Source: Vicinamibacterales bacterium (GTDB lineage Bacteria > Acidobacteriota > Vicinamibacteria > Vicinamibacterales > UBA8438). Taken from it: a stretch of DNA of 64,000 nucleotides. The notes beneath the pieces were generated by a model. That model was not told where the DNA came from. It made no database searches and was given only the letters and a program-made list of their open reading frames with translations. This document shows, in pieces, positions 48,598 to 58,472 of the stretch. The position numbers were made by a program, and so were the translations under genes. Each line of letters begins with the position of its first letter. The first letter of the stretch is position 1. Location of the stretch: contig CBDANB010000007.1 of the NCBI GenBank assembly GCA_965197395.1, positions 855,594-919,593 of the forward strand, written 5' to 3'.

Positions 48598-48895
48598 GTG
48601 ATCCGCCTAGGTCTCGCCGGGCTCGGTCTGGCCGCTGTCGCGACCGCCGTCGTCTCAGCGCAGACGTCGCAGCAGCAGCCGACGTTTCGGAGCGGCGTCG
48701 ACGCCATTGAGAATCGACGTCAGTGTCGTCGACGGCGAGGGCCGCCACGTGATGCGTGCCGCGGGCGCGTTCGTCGACAATCTGACGCCCCTCGATCGGG
48801 TGGCCCTCATGGCGGTGCCGACCGGCCGGTATATCGACTTCACGTCGGACCACAAACGTGTCCGCCGCGAGGTCGATGCACCGGCGCCTAGACGC
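48598..48895 (+). pseudogene. Acidobacterial VWA protein remnant
   Basis: GGAGG RBS; QQPTFRSGVDA, frameshift, RIDVSVVDGEG, then jump to DNLTPLDRVAL...FTSDH. Confidence 0.65.
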
Positions 48896-50243
48896 CAGAC
48901 AGGTGCTTCAGCTTCCCGGTGCTGTCGCCGATCGTTTCGACCGGCACCCCCACCTTGCCCAGCAGGCTGACATAGAGATTCGTCAGCGGGGTGCCGTCGG
49001 GATACCGAACGTGCCGGCCCCCGGCGAGCTGTCCGGCGCCGCCGCCCGCGAGCAGGAGCGGCAGCCCCATCGGGGTGTGGGCGTTGCTGTCGGCCATGCC
49101 GCGACCGTACACGATAGTCAGATGGTCGAGCAGGCTGCCGTCTCCGTCGGGTGTCGATTGCAGCTTCTCGAGAAAATACGAGAACAGCTGGGTGTGATAG
49201 GTGTTGATTCGGGTCAGCTGCGCGAGGTTCTCCGGCTTGTTCTGGTGGTGCGAGATGGCGTGGTGCGGCTCGGCGACACCGATTTCTGGGTAGGCACGCG
49301 AGCTGAGCTCCGGCGCCAGCATGCAGGTGATGACACGCGTCAGGTCGGCCTGAAACGCGACCACCTGGAGGTCGTACATCAGCTTCACGTACTCCTCGAA
49401 GTCCGCGGGCACCCCGGGCGGCTGGTCGACGACCGGGAGCGCGCGACCGCTCTGGGCCTCTGCCATCTGGACGCGTCGTTCGACATCGCGCACGGCATCG
49501 AGATACTCGGCGAGCTTGGCGCCGTCGCGCGCGCCGAGCCGTTGCCTCAGATGGGCCGCCTTGTCGGCCACCGAATCGAGAATGCTGCGATCGGTCTCGA
49601 TGCGCGCTCGACGTGCGGCCGGATCTGTGCTCTGAGAGTCGCCGAAGAGCCGCTCGAACACGGCGCGCGGGTTGTTCTCCATCGGCAACGGCGTCGTCGG
49701 CGAGCGCCACGAGACCGTCGTGATATAGGCGCAGCTGAACCCGGCATCGCACGCGCCGGCGAACTCGGTCGACTCGAGGCTGAGCTCGAGTGACGCCAGC
49801 TGCGTGTGCCGCCCAAGGTGCTGTGCCGCGATCTGGTCGATCGACACGCCCGCCTCGAAGTTGGCCCCTTCGGTCGGCTTCACATGGACACCGGTGAGGA
49901 AGGATCCGCTGATGCGACCATGGCCGCCGGCCGGCTCGCCCGGGCGCCTCGCCCCCGGCTCGTTGTCGAGGCCGCTTACGACGAGCACGCGATCGCGGTA
50001 CGGTCGAAGTGGCGCCAGGATCGGGCTGAGCTCGAAATCGGGCCCCTCCCCAGCGGGGGTCCAATCCGGCATCACGGCGCCGTTCCCCGTGTAGAGGATG
50101 CTCAGACGAGGTGTCGGTGCGGCCGCGGTGTTGCGAAGGGCGGCGAAGGCCGGCACCATGCCGTCCAGCAGCGGGAGCGCGACCGCGGCGCCAAGCCCAC
50201 GCAGCACCGTACGGCGGGGGAGCGCCTTCTTCAGGACGATCAT
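48888..50243 (-). CDS. DUF1552 (HxxSHH) Tat-exported protein, copy 2
   Basis: LPRRTVLRG, HHAISHH, GDSTGKL; ATGA-coupled to the DUF1592 gene. Confidence 0.9.
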   Translation of the reverse strand: MIVLKKALPRRTVLRGLGAAVALPLLDGMVPAFAALRNTAAAPTPRLSILYTGNGAVMPDWTPAGEGPDFELSPILAPLRPYRDRVLVVSGLDNEPGARRPGEPAGGHGRISGSFLTGVHVKPTEGANFEAGVSIDQIAAQHLGRHTQLASLELSLESTEFAGACDAGFSCAYITTVSWRSPTTPLPMENNPRAVFERLFGDSQSTDPAARRARIETDRSILDSVADKAAHLRQRLGARDGAKLAEYLDAVRDVERRVQMAEAQSGRALPVVDQPPGVPADFEEYVKLMYDLQVVAFQADLTRVITCMLAPELSSRAYPEIGVAEPHHAISHHQNKPENLAQLTRINTYHTQLFSYFLEKLQSTPDGDGSLLDHLTIVYGRGMADSNAHTPMGLPLLLAGGGAGQLAGGRHVRYPDGTPLTNLYVSLLGKVGVPVETIGDSTGKLKHLSGV

Positions 50244-52693
50244 GACTCGGACCTCCTCATCGCGAACGGCACACTCCGGACGATGCCCAGGATAATCGAG
50301 GACCACCGATAGTCGGGGCCGGCGTCTCGCACGATCTGGCGAATGGCCGGCTGATCGTAGTGCTCGACCCCGCGACCGAGCGCGTAGGTCAGGAGCTTGC
50401 CGGTCACTGTCCTGACGAACGCCTCACGTCGGTCCGCCAGCCGCGCGCGAAGGTCGGCTGGCCCGTCGAACGCCGTGCCATCGGGGAGCGTCGCCGACGT
50501 GTCGAGCGGCACACCGCCATCGCTGGTTCGCCACCGGCCGATCCCGTCAAAGTTCTCCAGCGCGAACCCGAGCGGGTCCATCCGCGCGTGGCAGCTCGCG
50601 CAGACGGGATTCGCCCGGTGTTGCTCGAGTCGTTCGCGCACGGAGCGGGGCGCCTCCGCGTCGTGGTTCTCCTCGAGGGCCGGCACGTCGGCCGGCGGTG
50701 GGGGCGGTGGCGCGCCAAGGATGTTCTCGAGCACCCACTTGCCTCGCAGCACGGGCGACGTCCGGGTCGCATGCGACGTCGTGGTCAGGATGCTGCCGTG
50801 ACCGAGCAGGCCAACACGCCCACCGTCCTCGTCCACGGATACCCGGCGGAACCGGCTCCCGTAGACGCCGGGAATGCCGTAGTGGCGCGCGAGCCGCTCG
50901 TTGACGAACGTATAGTTCGCGGTCAGCAGGTCGCCCACGCCGTGGTCGTCACCGAGCTGGCTCGCGACGAACAGCTCGGTCTCTCGCTGGAATGCCTCCC
51001 GGAGATTGTCGTCGAACTCGGGGAACTGGTTCACATCCGGCGTGACGCGCCGCATGTTACGCAGGTGCAACCACTGCGCGGCGAAGTTGGTCACGAGTGC
51101 TGTCGAGCGGCGGTCGGCCAGCATCCGACGCACCTGCCGTTCGAGGACGGCCGGTTCGGCCAGGTTGCCCTCGGCGCCGACGCTGAGCAGCTCGTCATCC
51201 GGGACGCTACTCCACAGGAAAAACGACAGACGCGACGCTAGTTCGAGGTCGCTGAGGCGATACGGCGTGCCCGGCGCGACGTCGGGCGGGTCGGTCTCAA
51301 CTCGAAAGAGGAACTCCGGGTCGACGAGGATACGCGTCAGCGCTCGCTGAATGCCCGCGTCGAAACCGCCGCTCTGCCGGCCCGCCTCGTAGAAGCCGAC
51401 GAGCGTGGTCGCGTCCGCCTCGGTCACTGGCCGACGATAGGCGCGGCGAGCGAGTGTCGAGAGAATCTCGCGCGCGCACGGCGCGTCATCGGACGCGGCA
51501 TCGTCTGCGGGCCGGCAGGTGAAGATCTGTCGGCGGCTCGCCGTCTCGCCGGCACCCACCGGGCCGTGCGGGCCGTCGACCGCGATGCTCGCCACCCCCA
51601 TGCGTTCGGACGCGGGGAGATCCCGTGTCAAGCTCAGGATGAAGTTCCCGACCGGCAGGCGACGCGGCGTGACACCCTCGGGTGCCAGCGTGCGTCTGAG
51701 AAACGCGACGCCCACCTGCCGCGCCCCGGCCTTGACCGGGACCCGCACCGTCAGGTGCTCGTCCGCGTCGACGCACGCGCTGGAGCCCCCCTGGCGACGC
51801 GTCAGGCACTCCAGGTCGCCACCGACGGCAAACAGGGCGACCCGCTCGCCGTCGACGCGGATCTCGAGCCGCTGCTGGCGCGCGAGGCCGTAGATGTTGC
51901 CGATGATGTCGCGTTGCAGGCGGGCGCTCAGCACGTATTGGCCGTCGAGGGGGAAGTAGTGCTGCACGGCGAATCCGCCGCGCGATCCAAACGCCAGCTC
52001 CTCGCTGGCTCGTGTGTCCTGCACGCGGGTCCGGGCGACGTCATACGTCTCGATCACGGGGCGCTGGCCGAGGTCGCCGACCGCCAGACGGCTGATCTTG
52101 TGTGCTGCCGAGACGTAGCGTTCCATCAGCGCCGGCGAAACGTTCAACAAAGCCGCGTTGTTGTCGAAACCGAAGCTCAGATCGTCGGCGGGTAACAGTG
52201 CCGTCCCGTCGATCTCGAGCGCCAGGAGATCGCGGATGGCGTTCGTGTACTCCGTGCGGTTGAGCCGATGGGCGGAGGGCCGCCCGGGATCCGGCGCGTC
52301 GACGGCCGCTCGGTCGAGCGCCGCTTCCAGCCAGGATGCGAAGGCGTCGTAGGTGACCGGGTCCGGTCGCGCGCGGCGGCCGGGCGGCGGCATGGTGTGC
52401 GTTTGCAGTTTGAGCAGGACCTTCTCCCAGACTTCGGCATCCGCGCTGACCGGATCGAGCGTCGCGGTGTCCAGCGTCAGATCGGCCGTGCGAAGACGGG
52501 AGTTGTGGCACGTCACGCAGTACTGGTCGAGTACCGCGCGATACGTCGGCACCGCGTCGCGGTCGGCAGTGGCGCTCTGCTGCTCAGCGGTGGAGGGCGC
52601 CGAGGCAGCGACCGGCACACCTACGGGCGACCAGACCACGCCCCCAGCGAACGCGCACGCCGCAGCCCATGCCGCCGTCTGGCAAGTGGCCAC
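50240..52693 (-). CDS. DUF1592/1587/1588-cluster (PSD/PSCyt) c-type cytochrome; start uncertain
   Basis: YCVTCH, HRLNRTEY, LASRLSFFLWSS, RTSPVLRGKW, CASCH, DPLGFALENFD. Confidence 0.9.
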   Translation of the reverse strand: MATCQTAAWAAACAFAGGVVWSPVGVPVAASAPSTAEQQSATADRDAVPTYRAVLDQYCVTCHNSRLRTADLTLDTATLDPVSADAEVWEKVLLKLQTHTMPPPGRRARPDPVTYDAFASWLEAALDRAAVDAPDPGRPSAHRLNRTEYTNAIRDLLALEIDGTALLPADDLSFGFDNNAALLNVSPALMERYVSAAHKISRLAVGDLGQRPVIETYDVARTRVQDTRASEELAFGSRGGFAVQHYFPLDGQYVLSARLQRDIIGNIYGLARQQRLEIRVDGERVALFAVGGDLECLTRRQGGSSACVDADEHLTVRVPVKAGARQVGVAFLRRTLAPEGVTPRRLPVGNFILSLTRDLPASERMGVASIAVDGPHGPVGAGETASRRQIFTCRPADDAASDDAPCAREILSTLARRAYRRPVTEADATTLVGFYEAGRQSGGFDAGIQRALTRILVDPEFLFRVETDPPDVAPGTPYRLSDLELASRLSFFLWSSVPDDELLSVGAEGNLAEPAVLERQVRRMLADRRSTALVTNFAAQWLHLRNMRRVTPDVNQFPEFDDNLREAFQRETELFVASQLGDDHGVGDLLTANYTFVNERLARHYGIPGVYGSRFRRVSVDEDGGRVGLLGHGSILTTTSHATRTSPVLRGKWVLENILGAPPPPPPADVPALEENHDAEAPRSVRERLEQHRANPVCASCHARMDPLGFALENFDGIGRWRTSDGGVPLDTSATLPDGTAFDGPADLRARLADRREAFVRTVTGKLLTYALGRGVEHYDQPAIRQIVRDAGPDYRWSSIILGIVRSVPFAMRRSES

Positions 52694-52791
52694 TACGAGC
52701 CTGAATATAGCGTAGAAGCGCGGCCGTCCGAAAGGCCGGATTTTCGAAAACCACTGGCCCGGTTCGGGCTCCCGTGGGAGAATCAGCCGGC

Positions 52792-54249
52792 ATGGTCTGC
52801 TGGACTCGTCGGGTCGCGGGGCGACAGCGCGTAACTCGCTGCCTCGTCTGGGTGGTCCTGCTCGCCGCGCCTCGCTTCGGAGCGGCCAGTCCAAGTGACC
52901 AGCCGTTGATCGACGCGGTCAAGGCGCTCGATACCCAGCGGATCGAGGCCCTGCTCGCACAGCAGGTGGATGTCAACGACGCCGAACCCGACGGCTCCAC
53001 CGCGCTGCACTGGGCGAGCTACGCTGACGACCTCGAGACGTCGCGCAGACTGATTCGCGCGGGCGCGCGGGTGAACGCCGCCAACGATCACGGGGTCACG
53101 CCCCTCTCGCTGGCCTGCACCAACGGCAGCGCCCGACTGGTTACGACGCTACTGGAGGCCGGAGCCGATCCGGACGTCGCGCTCTGGAGTGGCGAGACCG
53201 CGCTCATGACCTGTGCGCGGACGGGCAACGCCGACGCGGTGTCGGCGCTGCTGGCCACCGGCGCCGATCCGAACCGGCGGGAGCCCGAGGAAGATCAGAC
53301 GGCGCTGATGTGGGCGGTGTCGGAACGACATCCGTCGGTCGCGCGCGCGCTCATCACGCACGGAGCGGATATGACCGCCCGGTCGAGGCGCGGCTTCACA
53401 CCGCTACTATTCGCGGCCCGCGAGGGCGACCTCGACAGCGCACGCCTGCTGCTGGACGCGGGGGCCACGCTCGACGAGGCGGCCGCCGATGGCTCGAGCG
53501 CCTTGCTCGTCGCCACGATTCGGGGCCACACGGCGCTCGCGATCTGGCTGCTGGAGCACGGCGCCGATCCGAACGCCGACGGCGCCGGGTTCGCCGCGTT
53601 GCACTGGGCGTCGGGGTTGTGGGAAACCGAGCTGACCGGTCCGGCCGGGATCGTGACGGACCGTGACGAGGAGTGGCGGGCGTTGGCGGGCGTGCCCGCC
53701 GGCAAGCTGAAGCTGATCCGCGCGCTCATTGCCAACGGCGCCGATCCCAACGCGCGCGCCACGAGGTCGCCCGGGCGGGTCGGTTTTGGCGGGCGCGGCG
53801 GTGCGGTGGGGGGCACGCCATTCTTCTTGGCGGCCATGGCCGGCAATCTCGACGTGATGCGCCTGCTGCTCGAGGTCGGGGCCGACCCGCTCGTGCCCAA
53901 TGACCGGAACACGACACCATTGATGGTCGCCGCAGGCGTCGGACGGAGCCTGGCGCAGAGCAGTGTCACGGCCGACAAGGCGCTCGCGACCGCACAGCTC
54001 GTCTGGGATCTCGGCGGTGCCGACGTGAACGCCGTCAACGACGCCGGCAACACGGCGCTGCACGGCGCGGCGACGACGGGGTCGCCCGCACTGGTGCGGT
54101 TCCTGGTTGAACGCGGCGCCGTCGTCGACGTCGAGAACAAGCGGGGACAGACACCGCTGGCGATGGCGGCTGGGACCGACGCCGAAGTGCTTCTGCGCGA
54201 GCTGGTGAGCGACGATAAATCCCGCGGTTCAGAGGCCGCGCAACGATGA
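52792..54249 (+). CDS. Secreted ankyrin-repeat protein, copy 2
   Basis: STALHWA, GVTPLSLAC, TALMWA repeats; collinear with 42294-43841. Confidence 0.9.
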   Translation: MVCWTRRVAGRQRVTRCLVWVVLLAAPRFGAASPSDQPLIDAVKALDTQRIEALLAQQVDVNDAEPDGSTALHWASYADDLETSRRLIRAGARVNAANDHGVTPLSLACTNGSARLVTTLLEAGADPDVALWSGETALMTCARTGNADAVSALLATGADPNRREPEEDQTALMWAVSERHPSVARALITHGADMTARSRRGFTPLLFAAREGDLDSARLLLDAGATLDEAAADGSSALLVATIRGHTALAIWLLEHGADPNADGAGFAALHWASGLWETELTGPAGIVTDRDEEWRALAGVPAGKLKLIRALIANGADPNARATRSPGRVGFGGRGGAVGGTPFFLAAMAGNLDVMRLLLEVGADPLVPNDRNTTPLMVAAGVGRSLAQSSVTADKALATAQLVWDLGGADVNAVNDAGNTALHGAATTGSPALVRFLVERGAVVDVENKRGQTPLAMAAGTDAEVLLRELVSDDKSRGSEAAQR

Positions 54250-54313
54250 CACCCCAGCCGTGGACTGGGGCATGGCGAGACCGACATCCGGGACCAACTG
54301 TAAGGGGGCGAGC

Positions 54314-56527
54314 ATGGGTGTGGCACAACGACTGGCGGTGCTGCTCGGCGTCGCGGCGATCGCTGCCGGCGGCGTGTTCGGGCTGTCGGAGACGGAGGTC
54401 GCCGCGGGCGCCGACGATATCCGGGGCGTGGTACGGAGCGCGACCGGGCCCGAGGCGGGTGTCTGGGTGATTGCCGAGACGGACGAGCTCGAGACCGGCT
54501 TCCGCAAGATCGTTGTCACCGACGACGACGGCCGGTTCCTGGTGCCCGACCTCCCGACGGCCGGCTACGAGGTCTGGGTGCGCGGCTACGGCCTGGTCGA
54601 CTCGGACAAGACCGCCGCGCGGCCAGGCGCTGAGCTGACGCTGATGGCGAAAGCCGCGGCGACGCCGCGGGAAGCGGCCGAGGTGTATCCAGCGAACTAC
54701 TGGTACTCGCTGCTGGAGATTCCGGACGTAGACGAGTTTCCCGGCACCGGCGCGCGGGGCAACGGCATCAACGAGGGGATGCGAACGCAGGCGCACTGGA
54801 TCGACCGGCTGAAGGACGGCTGCCAGCTGTGCCACCAGATGGGCAACAAAGCGACGCGCGAGATGCCGATGCTCGACGTGCGGGACTTCGATTCGACGCT
54901 GGCGGCCTGGCAGCATCGAATTCGGGCCGGCGGCAGCGGGCCGTCGATGCTGAACGCGCTGGGTCGGATGGGGGGCCGGGCGCTCCAGATGTACGCTGAC
55001 TGGACCGACAGGATTCTGGCCGGCGAAGTCCCGCCGATGCCGCCGCGCCCGCAAGGCACCGAGCGCAACGTCGTGCTCTCGATGTGGGCGTGGGGTACGG
55101 CGCGCGGAATGGTGCACGACGAGATCGTGACCGACAAGCGGAACCCGACGCTGTATGCGAATGGTCCGCTCTACGGCGTCGGTGGCCAGTCGCTCACCGT
55201 CACGGATCCCGGCGCCAACCACTCGACGGTCTTGGGTCTCCCGGGGCGAATCCCACGGCAGCCCCGGGGTGATTCGTACGTCGGGTCGTCGGAATCGATC
55301 CCGTCCCTCTACTGGGGCAACGAGCCGCGACCGCCCGGCGCCGGTGGCGGCAGCGGTCACAACCCGATGATGGACGACAAAGGGCGTGTCTGGCTGACCC
55401 AATCGATTCGTCCCGGAGCCGACAACCCCGAGTGGTGTTTAGAGGGCTCCGATCACCCCTCGGCGAAGTACTTCCCGGTGGAGCAGAACTTCTCGCGGCG
55501 CCAGTTGTCGTACTACGACACGACGGCGGACAAGTTCGTGCTGATCGACACCTGCTACGGCACGCATCACTTGCAGTTCGCCGACGACGCGAACGACACG
55601 CTCTGGACCAGTGGCGAGCTGCCGGTCGTGGGCTGGCTGGACACGAAGCTCTACGACGAAACCGGCGACGAGCGGGCCTCGCAGGGCTGGTGCCCGACCG
55701 TGCTCGACACGAACGGCGACGGCACGATCACGAAGCCGTGGAACGAGCCGCCCGACACGGGTGACGTGTTCGGGGCCGCCGGGGTAGAGGTGACCGATCC
55801 GAGCCGAGACACCCTGGTCTCGAGCTTCAACTACGGCGTCATTCCGCATCCGACCGACGGTTCGGTCTGGTTCGCGAAACCGTGGCCGATGCCGGGGAAT
55901 CTGATCCGGCTCGACCCGGGTGACAACCCGCCCGAGACCTGCATCACCGAGCTCTACGAGCCGCCGTTCGAGAACGACGCGGTCGACCCCAGCCGCTGGG
56001 GCTATACGCCACGCGGGATTGACGTCGATCGCAACGGGCTGATCTGGACGGCGCTGAGCGGGAGCGGTCACCTGGCGAGCTTCGACCGCGACAAGTGTCA
56101 GGTCACCAGCGGCCCGACGGCGACCGGGCAGCATTGCCCTGAAGGCTGGACCGTGTATCAATCGCCGGGGCCGAAGATCAAGGGCGTGACGAGCGCGACG
56201 AACGCCGACTTCCACTACTACGCGTGGGTGGATCAGTTCGATACGTTGGGGCTCGGGGCCAACGTCCCGATGGCGAACGGCACCGGGTCGGACTCGTTGC
56301 TGGCCTTGCTGCCGGAGACGGATGAGTGGGTCGTCATGCGGGTGCCGTATCCGCTCGGCTTCTACACCCGCGGCCTCGACGGGCGGATCGACGATCCGAA
56401 CGCCGGGTGGAAGGGGCGCGGTGTGTGGGCGAGCTACGACGCGTTCAACTGGCACAACGAAGGCGGGAAGGGCATGACGAGCGAGATCGTGCAGTTCCAG
56501 GTCCGGCCGCATCCGCTGGCGGAGTAG
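54314..56527 (+). CDS. Carboxypeptidase-regulatory-like + monoheme + beta-propeller protein, copy 2
   Basis: KDGCQLCHQMG and C-terminus closely match copy 1; AAGGGGG RBS. Confidence 0.85.
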   Translation: MGVAQRLAVLLGVAAIAAGGVFGLSETEVAAGADDIRGVVRSATGPEAGVWVIAETDELETGFRKIVVTDDDGRFLVPDLPTAGYEVWVRGYGLVDSDKTAARPGAELTLMAKAAATPREAAEVYPANYWYSLLEIPDVDEFPGTGARGNGINEGMRTQAHWIDRLKDGCQLCHQMGNKATREMPMLDVRDFDSTLAAWQHRIRAGGSGPSMLNALGRMGGRALQMYADWTDRILAGEVPPMPPRPQGTERNVVLSMWAWGTARGMVHDEIVTDKRNPTLYANGPLYGVGGQSLTVTDPGANHSTVLGLPGRIPRQPRGDSYVGSSESIPSLYWGNEPRPPGAGGGSGHNPMMDDKGRVWLTQSIRPGADNPEWCLEGSDHPSAKYFPVEQNFSRRQLSYYDTTADKFVLIDTCYGTHHLQFADDANDTLWTSGELPVVGWLDTKLYDETGDERASQGWCPTVLDTNGDGTITKPWNEPPDTGDVFGAAGVEVTDPSRDTLVSSFNYGVIPHPTDGSVWFAKPWPMPGNLIRLDPGDNPPETCITELYEPPFENDAVDPSRWGYTPRGIDVDRNGLIWTALSGSGHLASFDRDKCQVTSGPTATGQHCPEGWTVYQSPGPKIKGVTSATNADFHYYAWVDQFDTLGLGANVPMANGTGSDSLLALLPETDEWVVMRVPYPLGFYTRGLDGRIDDPNAGWKGRGVWASYDAFNWHNEGGKGMTSEIVQFQVRPHPLAE

Positions 56528-56569
56528 GCGCGCGTGCCGCTGACCCGGCGTGGGCTGACGTTGTAAGGA

Positions 56570-56618
56570 GTAGGGCACGGCTTCAGCCGTGCCTCGCAGG
56601 CCTGAATGCCTGCGCTAC
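56570..56618. repeat. GTAG-type REP doublet (family B)
   Basis: GTAGGGCACGGCTTCAGCCGTGCC-TCGCAGGCCTGAATGCCTGCGCTAC. Confidence 0.75.
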
Positions 56619-56666
56619 GGTAGCGACTCAGGTGAGCTTCACGGTGAGGGTGATGAAGGAGACGTG

Positions 56667-57119
56667 ATGGCAACGACACGACGAGAGTTCTTGGCGGCGG
56701 GTGGGGCGGCGCCGTTTGCGCTAGCGCTGGGGGCGCAGTCGGGCTCGCGCGAGCTGACGATGGACGAGAAGGCGAACGTGAAGGTCGTCAACGACTTCTC
56801 TGCGGCGTGGGCGACGCATGATCCCGCGAAGATCACCTCGTATCTGACGGACGACGTCGTCTTTCGCTTCTCGCAGGACGGCGATGCGGCCACGGGTCGG
56901 ACGACCATGCGGGAGCAGCTCGAAGCGAGCTTCGGCACGATGCGGAAGATCGAGTTCGAGGTGCTAGAGACGTTCGCGGCCGGTCCGATGGTCGCGAACC
57001 TGAGGGTCGACTACCTCACGAACGCCGATGGTGAGCGGAACGCGTTCCGCGTCGCGGGCGTGTTCTATGTCAAGGACGGCAAGATTGCCGAGTGGATTGA
57101 TGCCATCGTTCCTGCATAG
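56667..57119 (+). CDS. Tat-exported NTF2/limonene-epoxide-hydrolase-like protein
   Basis: TTRREFL; VVNDFSAAW, LRVDY, GVFYVKDGKIAEWID. Confidence 0.8.
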   Translation: MATTRREFLAAGGAAPFALALGAQSGSRELTMDEKANVKVVNDFSAAWATHDPAKITSYLTDDVVFRFSQDGDAATGRTTMREQLEASFGTMRKIEFEVLETFAAGPMVANLRVDYLTNADGERNAFRVAGVFYVKDGKIAEWIDAIVPA

Positions 57120-57176
57120 GCACGGGTCAGGGTTTCGAGGTTGAAGGTCCACAGTTCGGAAGACAAGGAGACGGAG

Positions 57177-57779
57177 ATGGCCAAGGCAACGCGTGGGGCA
57201 GACGGGTCCGACGATGGGCGGCGGTTGATCGGACGTCGGGCGATGCTCGGGAGCTCGGCGATCGGCGGCGCAGCGCTGGCGGCCGGTGTGTTCGGACCGC
57301 TCGCGGGAGTCGCCGTGGCGGGCCAGAGTGCGGTGCAACCGGTGAAGAGCGGGCGGATCCGGCGGGTGGCGACCGGGCAGAACGCGGCCGGGAAGTCGTA
57401 TATCGCCGTCGACGAGACGGTCGCCATCAGCGACGTGTGGTCGACAACGGCGGATGAGCCGCTCGGTCCCGCGCCAGGCGGAGAGCAGCGGTCGGATTTC
57501 AGCCATCCAACCGGGGAGACCCGCTTCTTTGTCGCCGCGTTACCCCCATCGACCGACCCGAAACCCGATCTGACCAATCGGATCGGGTTCCACAAGACAC
57601 CGGGGGTGGCGTATTGCTACGTCCTCAACGGTGAGGTCATGTTCCTCGTGGACGAGGAAGAGGTGCGGCTGAAGGCGGGCGACCTGATCATCGAGCGAGG
57701 AACCGATCACTCGTGGCGAAACGAGGGGTCGGAGCCGGTTGGCCTGGCGATCGTGCTGGCAAACGCGGTCCAGACGTGA
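57177..57779 (+). CDS. Tat-exported cupin protein
   Basis: GRRAML signal; RRVATG...GKS, FHKT, GDLIIERGTDHSWRN. Confidence 0.8.
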   Translation: MAKATRGADGSDDGRRLIGRRAMLGSSAIGGAALAAGVFGPLAGVAVAGQSAVQPVKSGRIRRVATGQNAAGKSYIAVDETVAISDVWSTTADEPLGPAPGGEQRSDFSHPTGETRFFVAALPPSTDPKPDLTNRIGFHKTPGVAYCYVLNGEVMFLVDEEEVRLKAGDLIIERGTDHSWRNEGSEPVGLAIVLANAVQT

Positions 57780-57833
57780 CACGGTCTGGTCGCAGCGGGA
57801 CCTCGATGCCCGCAACTCACGTGTGTTGAACCT

Positions 57834-57882
57834 GTAGCGCAGGCCTTCAGGCCTGCCCAGCGAGGCTAAAGCCTCGCGCTAC
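57834..57882. repeat. GTAG-type REP doublet inside a larger inverted repeat
   Basis: GTAG...CTAC doublet flanked by GCAACTCACGTGTG (about 57812) and CACACGTGAGTTGC (about 57933). Confidence 0.75.
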
Positions 57883-57950
57883 GACACGCAACACACGTGA
57901 GCTCTGGGGTTTCAGGGCCCACGCGGCGTCGACACACGTGAGTTGCGAAC

Positions 57951-58439
57951 CTACAGGATGTGGCCGGTCCAGCGTCCGGCCAGGACGACACCGGCCCAGA
58001 GGATGAGGGATGTCGCGCCAGCCACCTTGGCGGCGAGCGGTGTGGCCGGGGCGGTGTCCCAACCCTCTACCGAACGAAACGTCCGAAACTGAAACAGCGC
58101 CATGTTGGCGAACGCCAGCACGAGCAGGAGGAACTTGGTCTGGAAGGCCGGGTTTTCGACATACGCCGTCGCCCGCGTCATGAACAGGCCGGTGCCGGTC
58201 ACCACCGCGATACACACAGCACCCCACGTCCACGGAACGAGCTCGCGAGTCATCCTGCTCGCCGGATAGCGTCGGGCGGCGACGCCGAGCAGGCGGAGAT
58301 CGACCATCAGGATCGATCCGACGAGGATCCCGATCGCAAGCACATGGATCGACTCCAGCAGCGGAAACCACCAGGTGAAGCCGATGTGCTCGGAGAGCGG
58401 CCATCCTTGCACCCATTCCCAGAACTCGGCAGAAGGCAT
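57951..58439 (-). CDS. DUF6644-like 4-TM membrane protein
   Basis: ESIHVLAIGILVGSILMVDLRLLG...SLILWAGVVLAGRW. Confidence 0.8.
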   Translation of the reverse strand: MPSAEFWEWVQGWPLSEHIGFTWWFPLLESIHVLAIGILVGSILMVDLRLLGVAARRYPASRMTRELVPWTWGAVCIAVVTGTGLFMTRATAYVENPAFQTKFLLLVLAFANMALFQFRTFRSVEGWDTAPATPLAAKVAGATSLILWAGVVLAGRWTGHIL

Positions 58440-58472
58440 TGCGCGGTCCTCTACTCAAGCACGACGAGACGG

